DNA of 63,684 nt, the filler included, from Klebsormidium nitens (lineage: Eukaryota > Plantae > Klebsormidiophyceae): NCBI GenBank assembly GCA_000708835.1. It is 3 parts of 3 records of this genome, joined end to end, with 100 filler letters (N's around TTAATTAATTAA, not from the genome) between each part and the next. Parts side by side here need not be neighbours in the genome. Positions count along the whole stretch, not along the records: positions 1 to 31,205 come from DF237761.1; 2 more parts are not named here. One strand, given 5' to 3'. Below are positions 14,001 through 25,879 of the stretch, piece after piece. Both the position numbers and the translations under genes were made by a program. Every line of letters starts with the position of its first letter. Positions within the stretch are counted from its first letter, which is position 1. The notes beneath the pieces were generated by a model. It was not told the DNA's origin and ran no database searches. It worked only from the letters and a program-made list of their open reading frames with translations.

Positions 14001-14414
14001 ACCCGCAGGGTTACGAAAGTTTCCTTCTTCCAATCGTAGGCAGCAAGGTTCGAAGCTCGTCTATTCGGCGCCCCTGGAAGCCGGACGTTTTCAGCCTGTC
14101 AAGGACTCACAATCGTTATCGAGGACTGAGAGATGCTTTGCTGATACACTCAGGAGGCCCGTTTAGCTTTTCAAATTGGCTCAAACACCGCACTTCCTAA
14201 TGCAGGCGATGCTGGCTACGAGTCCTCCGACAGCCAGGAACAACCGCTCGTTGACTACCGCGAGTTGGAGCGGGACAACCTGGAAGCTGTCGTCGGGCGC
14301 CTGCGCAAAAAGTACCCTAAGCTCTATGTGAAGGGCGACTTCGGGGTGGGGGAGTATGATTATTACGGATGGCAGTTTTCAGTTATCTGCCGGCCCAATC
14401 GGGATGCGTTGTAG
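11082..14414 (+). CDS. F-box protein with downstream LRR/RNI-like region, 3 exons
   Basis: Exons 11082-11298, 11664-12834 and 14206-14414 join in phase. F-box-like motif LPAEVVGKILSL...AVLGRAWRDAV, then Leu-rich repeats (LQILDLEF, LNKLWLHNLDL, LMRLKVES, CPKLMVLEI). Confidence 0.7.
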
Positions 14415-17400
14415 CGCCGAATCGTCAAAGAGTATGATTTCAAACGTTGTTATTACGGTTGGGATTTCTTGGGTGTCTGGCCGCTCCAATCTGGTTGCGT
14501 TTTGTGGTGCGAGGTTATCAAAGTTGCACGAACGCCCTCTCCAATACTGAGATGATTAGTCTACTACGGTATGATCTGATTGTGTTGCTTAGAGACTGGG
14601 AGCCACTATTTTATAGGAGATTCTGCTTTGTTGATGCGTACAGCGTTGAGTATTGTCATTGCTTCTAACTTTGGAGAAGAACGTTGGATGACCCATTTGA
14701 TTGTCTTTGTAAGGTGAACTTCGGAAATATTCAGTAGTAGTAGGAGTATAGTATCTAGAGTTTATTACGGCCAAGGTAGTTTAATCCGACGGGACATGGT
14801 TGAACAGGGGCATTGAGAATAAAAATCATGCAAGCACAATCCAAGGTTGCAACTTGCGGGCATCGCTTCAAACTCTGGGTCGAATCAAGGCTTCATTTGA
14901 CGGTCAAGTGTTTCCAATCATTCGCGACAGGTGCAACGAAGTCTAAAGGTCTGGTCTATGCCATGGGTTTCAAGTTTTTGCGGCTGTGCCGATATAGGCA
15001 TATATACAATAGGCATACACTGTGCATGAGCTGCTGGTCGGATTTGTTAGTAACATGTACCTACATGTTGATGTATGATCGAACGTACTCGTACATTGGT
15101 TGCACTGATTGTCCTTCCTAGCCCCATGCAAAATTAGTGGATAAGCATGCCATGGTCCCGAGTAGGCACCCATCTCCGTCGCATGAACATGATAGACGTT
15201 TAATGATGTGCATCTGGGCCATGATGCGCCGCCACTCAGGCTGAAAGGCTGGATATTGAACTCGGACCCGGGAATTAAGCCTGATCGGACCGTCGCCTCA
15301 TTGGCCGATTGATCCATGTGCCGCGCCCATGATGATGATCCTCAAAAATGCAATTAACTGGACGTGTTCGTATTGCATGAGGATGCATGATGTGCGTGAT
15401 CGCAGACTTAATCTACAAGTGACGGCTTCCGCAAGGGGAAGGACAAGGCCGAGTAGCGATCATGTTCTAGCATGTCCAGCCTTACCCCGTGTACTATACT
15501 ATAGGAGCATTCAATAAAACATCTAGCTCATGTTAAGTTAAAGTGGGCGTAGGCGTCACGCCGGCGGCATGGCCGAAGCGTGACGACGGCACAGGTTAGG
15601 CAAGCGAGCATCGTCCGATAGATTCAACTCGTGCTTTATTGCCGTCCGATTTCAAATGCACTCGCGAGTGCATACGCCCACTTGAAGCATGTACTAAACG
15701 TACATCGGATGGCCATGCATCCTTCAGTTCGGCACATCGACTCATAGCTAGAATAACTTGCTAGCATGCAGTTTAGGTTACTTGCATCTTCATGGACATG
15801 ACTCAAATACATGCAGCCGTAGCTAGAGCTGTAGAGTGATCAAAAACACCCATGGATCCCGGCTCGGCCGTGCTCAAACTTAGGCTGCAAATGACTCAGG
15901 GTGTGCCACGGCGTTATATATGACAATTTGGAGGCTTAGTATACTATGATACCATACATGAACGTACACGCGACCATGTTGTTCGACTCGAACGGTCGCA
16001 CTTAAGACTCCAACCGTGTACCACATGATGTTCTCTTTTCAAACGCCGTAGCCACATGGGCCATAGGCTTCCATGGCATACGTACATGGGAATAGATGTT
16101 CGAGTTTTGAACGCCTAGCTACCCTACCGAAACTCCATGTGCTAAATCCGTCCAAACCTAGATCCTGGCAACTACTTATTCCCGGGCTAATGATCCCAAA
16201 TCAGTATGCTAGCGAGGGACTACGAGCCAGCATCTTGCTGCAGAACTAGGATTGGCGCTGACTACCAGACGTCGGTTGGCAATCTCGGCAGGGATGTAGA
16301 CCGCAAAAGGCCATACTTCACACATGATTCACGAGCAATTGCGGTGTTTGGTACACATGCATCATGCCGGCCATCAAAAAACCCCTGCCCCGTACACATG
16401 ATCCAAGCTAACCTTAGTTCACAAGCAACCTATGGTGGGTATCGGCGGTCTCGATCGCGCGACGGTCCGGTCACAAATTTGAATCACCGGTGTCTCGCGT
16501 CGCGACAATTACTGTACGCGGTACTGACGACCGTGCAGACCGGTACTTGAGAATCCGGTCCGAGTTCATAAATTAGAATCTGTCTGACATTCCGATCGTC
16601 AGAAACTTCCGGAGTTTCCGGCGGTACGGTACCGATCAAGTCTGACCGTACGTGAAATTTGAAAATCATGGTTTCGATCGGAAGTTCCGACTCGAACCAC
16701 CCTAGAGTACCGCGGTACCTAACTTGAAAGGAGAGTGCAGAAGATGGAAACGGGAGTGTAGGGAATGGCGCTTTTTAGAAGCAAGCAATGGCGGCCAACT
16801 TTGCAGCCACGATGGTGCTTCTTCCGATTTGTCCTCAACATAACAAGATGTTGGAGCTTCGAAGGAGCCTTCATGACGCTCTCCCAACATTTTTTTCTGC
16901 TTGTCAGAGGTTTTTATAAGCTGCATATGGCTCTTCTTTGCGTGCCAATTTGATGCTCCTCTCAAAGTGTAAAACCTGACACTGTCTAAGAATCTCCTCA
17001 CACTTACTTACGGCCCGGCAAAATTTTTCTGAGTATTTGTACCGCCCGAGTAACATAAACCTGAGTAGCCGTGACGCGAACCGCCGGTAACACTGACGAT
17101 ATTCGATACGCGCTAAATCGATTTTGTGGCGGCCGGAGTCGGAATCGACTCGGCCGGTACCCACCATAGGTAGCTTGTGTTGATGTTTATGCAGTGCATG
17201 AATCGAGCATCCTCAATCGATCATGTTGACTCAACGCCGGCCGCAGATATCAGCATGTCCTTTTCAATGAGGTCACGCCACATACGGCCTGATTAATGAC
17301 ACAATCGTTTTGCTGGGCGGCTCAGCGCGGTCAGCTGCCCGCATGCCAACCGCGCCCGTGCAAAGGGCATCGTTTAAAGGCAGTTTGGCTGATTTACCAA

Positions 17401-17664
17401 CCCCGCGCCGCAAGTCGGAACTTATGTGTGAGGAGGCCAAGTCGGTGTGCTCGGCTGTAATGCACCATCGCATTTGAGAGTGCAGCGCATTATGTTGCGG
17501 CACACTCTCCTGCCACAGGCAACCGGCTCTGCCATTTATTTAAGAAAGGCCAACAGACTGTCAATCCGTGCGACCCTCGACGTCGGTAGGAAATCAGACC
17601 GCATCGTTCCGCACTACATGTTGCAAATGTTGGTCAATCGAATCGACAATGCGGAGCCCAACCA

Positions 17665-20600
17665 TTAGGCGGCCTCTTTCTTATACAACAGAACCTCCTT
17701 GATGTCCACGCCTTCTAAGTCCCTTACGACGTCATCGAACTGTAGGCATGGAAGCAGATTTTGAGGTTAGAACCATACAATCAGCAGATTTCCAGCTGGG
17801 CTCTGCACAATCCAGAATTTCGAAATTCGGGAGGAGTAGCTTCAAATAGAGGGTTAGTGCTCAACTTTGCCTTTGCAAGAAGCTGCGTGGATGTGATATC
17901 CACAGTTTTGCAGTTTCGCAGATTACAGTGAAGCACTACCGGCAACCGATAAAAGTTCGTAAACAACAGAACAGAGAGCAACAAGCCAGCACATGCGGGT
18001 GCACCTCTGATAGACGAACGAGAACAAAAGAAAGTCTCAACCAAGCCATCACCCTCACTGAATGAGAACCCTGCACCCCCCGCGACTTTCCCTGCCAAGT
18101 CGATCTTAAACTGGAACACGAAAATGTAGAGATGGCACCTCTTGATGCTGACGGACTGCCAACGTCAGCAGCACCCACTCACCTTCACAATGTTCCGCAC
18201 GAAGAAGTCGCCGAATCGCCGGTTGCTTTTCGTCTCTGCTACGTGGATCATGTCCTGAAGGGAAAGGCGCCATGTAAGCAGAGCTGCGACTGCCAGTCCG
18301 AACAAGCGTCTTGAAGCCAGCAAGAAACCAAAGCAGTTCCGCAAACCAAGAGGTGTGTGTAAAGTCGTAGCTCTACCAGGGTCGGTTGCAAAATCCCGTG
18401 ATCAAAGATGCCAACCCAAACGAGCGTTTCTAAGCGGCACTCTCCAGCTGCACAATTGCAACCAGACGCTTCATCTGGAGCGCTCTCAGTTGGCGCGCTT
18501 CCGTCGTCTCACAATTTAGCTCGGCTCATCGCAAAACTCAAAGAACGGCTTCAGTCCATCCTAGAATGGACATCGTGGGACAGTCTATGATGTCCCATAG
18601 ACATAATCTACTATCTATTAGGATAATATCTATCTTAGTATGGTATCTTAACAACCCGGCGACCGAGTGTCCGAGTCACCGCCCTTATGGTCGCCCAGAT
18701 GACCACGTGCATCAGAGGATAGGCAGCGACAGCCAGTCGAAACAAGTTATCTGTGTGTCGCCCGGAACTATGAGGGGGAAAAGAGCTCGTGGGGAAAGAG
18801 GAGAGTGCTCACCCCCTCGATGTAGAAGTCTAGGTCACTCGTCCGGTAGATGCTGCCGTCGACGCTGTCGACAATGTGCGTCTTGTGCTTGTACGTCAAC
18901 AGGTGCGACCTAGAGGAACACGAGGCGCGTGTAAGGAAATGATAAAAAGTTGGGACACTGCAATTGCCCAAGAGTTCCCAAGCTTGGAAAAGGCACTTGT
19001 GCGGTATGTCGTTCTTGTCGACCGAGCAGGTGCATTTAAGAGAAATGAGGCGCAATTGAAAGTGAGGAGCGTTGAGACGAACGCACAACCAGAAAGACTG
19101 GTGCTGCTTCGACTTTCGACAGTGTGAATTCCCTAAAAGCGGCATTTGAGACGGACCTTGGGAGCTTACGCCTTTCAGAACCTCGGACTCTCATCAAAAC
19201 TAACGATTGAGAACGGAGAGGAGGACAAAAGACAAAGCTGATTGAGCAGCCCACAGCCGACCTGGCAATGAGCTTGTTGGCGCCAAAAGACGGGGCAGAC
19301 TAGAAAACTTAGGAGCTCAAGCCCTTCCAGCATTGGAGACAGAGCATTGAGGAAACATCGGTGTCTAATTGTTGCCCGCACCGTTGACAGCCGCATCGGA
19401 CACGAGCAGATGCGAGCTTGGCGACGGAGATGGAACCGCCAAACTCGAATGTCCCGAAACCCCGGCTGAGTGTAGGAGGAAAACCAGAAGGCAGATCGGA
19501 GGAGAAGGAGGGAGCAAAACTGACCACCAAGGAACTTGTGCATGTTTGAAAGGTCTCCCGCTAAAACCCGCGAAGGCACCTTTGCTCTCAACTTGCGTCA
19601 AGAAATTGCGTTCCTGACTCCTCGGACTCTTCGAAAAACGGCGACATTGAAGAGAAAAGGGGAGGTTGAGGAAGAAAGGTTCAAGGAGAACATCGATGGA
19701 TTGAAAGATGTCTCACCTGACGGTCGCCTCGTCGGAGCCGACGAAGGAGGCGAGCTTGGCGACGGAGATGGTGGTGTAGAGCTTGAGGTAGGAGCGGATC
19801 TGCTGCCCGCGCTGCTGTTGCCGGACGTCCGTCAGGAAGATCTTGAGCTGCAGCCGGTACGCGTCCTGAGGAGAAAACAAGATTGTCCGAATCTAAAAAT
19901 GCTCCGAATAACCGAAAGAGTGATCAGTTCGGAGCGGTTGGAGAAGATTGACGTTTGAAGAACAGTGATGAACAAGCGGAGACGGGACCAGTTGATCCAA
20001 GCATAGGACACGTTTCGTCGCTCGTTGTTTCTAGACAAAGCGCAGATATGAATCTTGAGCTGCAGCCAATATGCGTCCTGTGGAGAAGACAAGCTTGACC
20101 TGTTTAGCAACGCTCCAATTGTAGACGAAAGTACCAACACTTCAAAGGCGTGGAAGTTGTTGGAAAGCCCTTGCAAACCGTGGGAAGCCGTTGGAAGCAG
20201 TTTGGAAGCTTTTAAAAAGCCGTTGGAAGCCGTTTGGGAGCTTTTGGAAAGCCGTTGGAAGCCGTTAGAAGCTGATGATTGAGCGGAGATGCGACCATTT
20301 CATAGCAAGCATAAAGAACATTTCATCGCTCTCTGTTCCTAGGCAAGGCTCAGCAATGGATCTTGAGCTGCGCCGTGATTAGTCCTGCAAAGAAGGCACG
20401 CGAGTGTTTACGAAGGAGATAGCTTACGACAAACGCATAGGAGATGCTCACCTGGTTGAAGTTGACGGGGGGTTCGTCCCAGTTTGGCGTGGAAGGCGTG
20501 ATGAATTTCGGGCACGCGAACGAGAAGAGCTCGTCGTATATGGCGTCCACCTCATAGCCTATCCCCTGCAGCCGCTGCAGCTTGTCGCCGTGCTTCTCCC

Positions 20601-23600
20601 GCAGCTGGCTCGACACCGTCTCCTCCACCAACTGCAGGCAACGGAACGGCGGAATGAGAACGGAACCAAGGAATCAGAGGGAACAGGCAGGGAAACAGGT
20701 GGCTGAACACCGTCTCCTCCACCAACTGCGAGAACGGAACGGCGGAATGAGAACGGAACCGCGGAAGGAATACGGAACCGCGGAATCAGAGGGGAAGAAG
20801 GAAGGGGAACAGGTGGCTCGACACCGTCTCCTCCACCAACTGCGGGCAACAGAAGGGCGGAATCAAAGCGGAACAACGAACTCATAGCAGAATAGAAATC
20901 CGGATCATTGGCTCGACACCCGTCTCCTCCATCAGATACGGGCAACGGAACGGCGGAATCAGAGCGGAACGGAAGCATCTGAGGGGGATGCAGAAGAAGT
21001 ATGTCTAGCTGACAACCATCTCCCCTCCCAACAACTGCGGGCACTAAATGGCGGAATCTGTATGGCGCCCGGGAGCCGTGCCAGAAACTTCGTCTCCTCC
21101 ACACGAGGAGTAATGGACGAAACGTGGTTAACGAGTGACAAGGGTCAGTGACAAATGCTGCTGGCTGTCTTTGGACACCCGTTGTGTTTGGCAAACAACG
21201 CGCTACAAATCTGGAAAGAGGGAAAATTGCGGCGAGGACTCATAGCGATCCTCTGCAATCGCTGTGTGAAACCATGCAGAACCGCAGAAAAAGTGTCACA
21301 AAATAAGTCAAGCAACAAGACCCCGGATATTTGACACTGATTGACGAAGCAGGTCTGAAGCGCACCTTGTTTTGTGGGCTCAGTGCGAGTGCGGTCACTA
21401 GCAGAGCGTACAGCTGCTCGTTCTTCTTCGTGATCTGGTCGTACTGCGGGGACTGTGCCAGGTACGTTTGTGTCCGTGCGATGTACACCAGAACTGCGTT
21501 GAACACCTTGATGGCGTCTACGTACCTGCGGGTTAAGGGAACAAAACGGGTTTAGAATCAGAGCAAAATGAGATGGTGCAGCGTGTCTGGGGATCGAGAC
21601 GAATTTGACATATGGCCGACTACGGGGTTGTAGGGCAGCCTTTCAGAGGCGCTTCTCAAGCACGACAGGAAGCAATAAAAGGATTGCGTTTGTCATCCGC
21701 CCAATAAGTCTATCTGACAAGGCCCTGCACAACGACAAGCTTCTGAAGATTCGATTCTGATTCAAAAGACAATCCTGAGACTGCTGTCCCAGACAGTTTG
21801 TCCAACGGCCTAAACTGAGCGCAAAGCACCTCAGGAAGAAGCTGTTCCTGACGCAAACCTTTTGCCCCCCATCCTTACCTCCGAATCATCAGATAGGCGA
21901 ATCCTGCGTAGTACATCGTCGTGATATGGCACCCGCTGACTTTCGTGAACACCCCCGGCCGACTGATATCCAACGGCTCCAAAACCTTCAGCCCCCCGTG
22001 GTAATCTCCCAGTAGGATATGCACCCGAAGAAGCCCGACGATCGAGAAATAACCGAGGACTTTGAGGACGTTGCTCCCGCCCTGGTAATCATAGCCGTCA
22101 GCCGAGGTGAACGCTGCGCGAGCGGTCTCGTTGTCGAGGAGCGCGTAGATCTGGCTCTTGTCGATCAGGGCCTGGAGGTAGTTGAGAACGCCGTACACGT
22201 TCCAGACCTGGTTCAGGGGGGGTTATGTAGAATCAGCCTCGTCTGAAATTCACTACTGCGATTGAATATTTGCTCCCGTGAAACGAAGAAGCTTGGCCCT
22301 CTGCGAGAGTCTTGTGCAAGAACGCGAATGTGACAGCAAAAAAACGCCTTCTCTAGACGACCTGCCGGAAGAGGACTTCAATTTGAATGAGGAGCCCAAA
22401 CCTTTATCCACTAAGATACTCGGAAGTCTAGCCCATCGATCTGGTCACGGCTCGTCGCCGCAACTAGTGCATAAACTGCCCCTCAAGCTCGACAGGACAG
22501 GATTTTGTGACAATTCCTCCATCTTCCGACATGCAAAACTCTCAGCTTCACAACAGTCGGCTCTTGCTACCCCGCTGGCCTGTTTCCAACTTTAAAACAA
22601 CATAGGTCACAGCCAAGATCTCTCCGCCCAGTTAAAACCTCCCTCTAAGACAGAGAGAGAAGAGATGAAGAAGGTCGAAGCAGACAGCAAATCCGGATAG
22701 CCAAGGTGAAAAGAAAGCGCAGGGTTGCACAGCGAGTCGGACCTGGTCGTACTGGCGCAGCTGCTTGAGCTCCTCCTCCGAGCGCGCCTTCATCTTGGCG
22801 CGGTACTGGCAGAAGGACTGGAACTGGTAGATGAACTCATCCACCATGTCCCACAGCCACTGGTTCGGCAGCTGCATGTTCACGTTCCCGTGCAGGATGA
22901 TCTGTACAGGAAAAAGAAGCTATGATCTTCAGTATGCTGTAAATAGGCCCTTCAGGAGGGAAGAAACGACATGAATCTGTTGATGTCTGCGTGCAGAATG
23001 AGCTGCAATGAGAAGATTGTAGCACGCCTTCACACAATTGACAAAGCAACAACTGGAATAAGATGTGGGCAGCTGCATGTTCACGTTGCCGTGCAGGATG
23101 ATCTGCGGAAGACGGGGGTGCCGTAAGATGAACTCTTGCTTTTGTAAACTCACAAAGCAACCAAACAAGCCCGTGGGGCGCGTTGGCTTTCAGATCAGAT
23201 TGATGGCCCACACACGTGCTTTTTGGAAAAGCAGGAGGGGCAGACACCAAAATGGCCCCTGCTTCATACCTGCCAGAGGACAGTTTCGAACCGACTGATG
23301 ACTCTTTTCAAACAGCAAAAAAATGTTTTTATGTGAGCAGTAATGGAAACTGGGTGCGGGCTGCTTGCAGGATGATCTGTGCGTGCATTGTAGGGTCAGG
23401 TTGCCTGCTTGCTTAGGAAAGATCGTCGGAAGTGGTGGTCGATGACTCTCGGAAAAAGCATTCGAACTGGCCTCACCGGCGGCTGTCCAATATACACGGG
23501 CTGGAAAATCTCTACCCCTCACTTGTTCAATTGGACGGGGCATTAGTCCCTCAGCATGACTTGGCTGAGGCGAAACATGAATGGAGGGGGTGGTTATCAA

Positions 23601-24687
23601 GAATCCCCATCCTGCCCGTAGCCAGATGTGAAAGATACCAGACAAAGTGCTGTTAAGCGCCCTGAGTGACGCCCAATCTGTTCACTAGCTTAATAGCAAT
23701 TGCAACGTGGGGGCTGAATTGTTAGACTGTGAGGTTATGTAATCAAGGTGGTAGAGGCACAAAGGACAACTCCTTCCTGAATCTACCACCAGTGCTTAGC
23801 TTTAAGGGGTTGCCGCTGACCATCAGACATATAGGGCAGATTGCAAAGTCGCGAGATTTTAAGAGAGTTCAAAACAGTCCCACATTGACAATTGCAAAGC
23901 GACGTGTAAAAGAAACAGATACGCTTCACGAAATATCAAGGAGTGACCTGATATACTTGCAGTGTCCTAAACCTTCACACAACAGAAGAGGGGGCAACAA
24001 GCTCAGCAAGCGCCATTTCGTGATGCTGCACGACCCCATGACTTGGTTTCATACACACAGCCTCCAAGTAAGGAATTGCTGGTGATACCAGATGGTAATG
24101 GTGCGGCGCCCAAAGCAATTCCAACAATGCACTTGATGCGCACCGTTATCAGCGGCGCTTCACAGAAGAGCGGTGATTGAACGCTTCTGATAAGGCGCCA
24201 ACGAGCAGCACCAATTACTCTTTTCTGAACTGATCAGTGGCCCAGAGGAGCCAATCAAACGATTCTGAGCAGAGCGTGTCAAGAAAACCTGAGAAATGCA
24301 CTGACGGCATGAAATGTTGGCACCAACCTGGAAGAGGGTGCAGTAGTTGTCCCATGACTCCATCCTCTGCTCGAGCGTCGGCGTCAGCCTTGCAAACACG
24401 TGCCTAAAGTACAGCTCCTTGTAAAGCAGACAAAACACATGGTCGTTCTCCACAAACGGCGCAATCGCATCTACCACCGGCCAGGGCGACTGCTTGAACA
24501 TTCGCTCTGTGATCTTGTTGAAACTCCCCTCGTACATCTGATGGATCTCGTACACATTCTTCTCTCTGATGTGACGATACAGATAGATGACGAAGGACTG
24601 GACGATATCGGGGACAGCGCCATAGCTCGCCGAGGCGCCGTAGGCTGGCCCCTCGTCCTCCTCGTAGCGGCCCCGCTGATACGCCAT
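17665..24687 (-). CDS. EIF3L: Eukaryotic translation initiation factor 3 subunit L, 9 exons
   Basis: Exons: 24687-24328, 22901-22743, 22207-21879, 21525-21366, 20631-20452, 19865-19717, 18909-18813, 18254-18183, 17739-17665. Hallmark motifs LYKELYFRH, LPNQWLWDMVDEFIYQFQSFCQYR, GLLRVHILLGDY, LFSFACPKFI, RSYLKLYTTI, DLDFYIE, RRFGDFF. The last exon is less certain. Confidence 0.95.
19380..20375 (-). repeat. Partial duplications of eIF3L exon 6 ends in the flanking introns
   Basis: 20052-20085 copies the acceptor plus exon start (CAG|GACGCATATTGGCTGCAGCTCAAGATT). GATCTTGAGCTGC recurs at 20359-20371. 19412-19433 is identical (22 nt) to exon 19750-19771. Confidence 0.75.
20148..20273 (+). repeat. 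About 11-nt GTTGGAAGC(C) minisatellite in eIF3L intron 5
   Basis: Repeated CCGTTGGAAGC / GTTTGGAAGC / TTTTGGAAAGC units. Confidence 0.75.
20605..21105 (-). repeat. Tandem array (about 95-110 bp unit, 5-6 copies) of the eIF3L intron 4/exon 5 junction
   Basis: Plus-strand core GCTCGACACCGTCTCCTCCACCAACTGC...AACGGAACGGCGGAAT at about 20607 (true exon), 20700, 20813, 20909, 21006, and weakly 21090. Confidence 0.9.
22867..23380 (-). repeat. Duplicated acceptor plus exon-2 start in eIF3L intron 1
   Basis: 23068-23105 matches 22867-22904 at 37/38 nt. TGCAGGATGATCTGT at 23366-23380 matches 22891-22905. Confidence 0.9.
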
Positions 24688-25879
24688 GCTAGCTCACGTG
24701 CTTGCTTCACCACTTCTTACCATCTAAAGCTGAAGGGTCCAGCTAACCCGGAAACTCAGCAAGACCTAGGGCCCTTCCTTCCCCTTCCTGATTCTGGCGA
24801 CTCAGACTCAGAGTCAAGACTCAAGAGCCAACGCTCTTGAAACTTGGTCTTAAAGTTTGAGCGCCCTGGCCGCCCGAGATCGGACAATGGACACATCCCT
24901 TAAAATCCCCCTTTAAAGAAATGGTTCTTGTTTGAGACCCCCCCTCTGGTTCGCGTGAGCCTTTTTGATCTATAGGCAGTCTGCTTCAAAGTTGCACGAC
25001 ATTACTTGGTTCCAGATCCATAGCCGAAATTTCGATGCACGGGGGGCAACCTTTGAATAACATTTGAGGCCGACCCGGGGCATCTCAACAAACAACACTT
25101 TGCTCACAATTCTGCTACTGCTGCCAGCTGTCTGCATTTCACCTCCTCTTTCAAAGTTGCATTGATTGGACATGGAGGCAATCGCCAGGCCGCTGTCTGT
25201 CAGGACGCTCTTCAACCTCTCCTGCAAAAGCCAGCTGCAAGGAGCGCCTTACAGCAAGGTGGGCCTGTAATCTTATACTTATGTGCGGGTCTTAACTGCG
25301 TTCTCTATGTGATGACCAGCATTATTCGTGGCGATTGACTCGACTCCGCAATCTGCTCATGGTGTTGCGTTTCTCTAGTCCATATTGATCCTGGAAAGTA
25401 TCTTGCAGCATTGGGCCTTTTAAAGCTCATTGCATGAAGCAGACTTCTCTTGCAGACTTCTCTTGCAGCTTTCTAACTTTCTGGAGCTGAATTGGTTTGA
25501 CGATTTTATGTACATGTGCGAGACATGCATGTGTTTTGCTGCCAGTTGGTTGGTTCCTGGTTGTATTACAAACGTCCCACCACTTTGTTGGGTCTGACAA
25601 CGTAATCTACGTCTGCCACCCCCGCAAACGCAACTTCGTTGATTGTTCCATGTCTTGCCTACATAACAGATCCTGACACAACGCACCGTTTTGGGAAGTT
25701 TCTACTTTCGTAAGCAGCATTCATAATTGCCACCTTGTTACATTCACCAATCGCTTACCTCGCTGGCTTGACCTTTCTTCCAGACATGCTCAGCATTGAG
25801 AGGCGCCGCCACACTCCCCCTTTTTAGACCACCCCCCCCAAACCCCTTCGCCGGAAGCCTAGCCAGCAACTTTCAAACC

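Noticed and set aside
16702-17167. Overlapping minus-strand ORFs and a hairpin at about 17130-17156 as a possible Helitron end
   Set aside because: No recognisable protein motif and no CTRR terminus at the expected distance.
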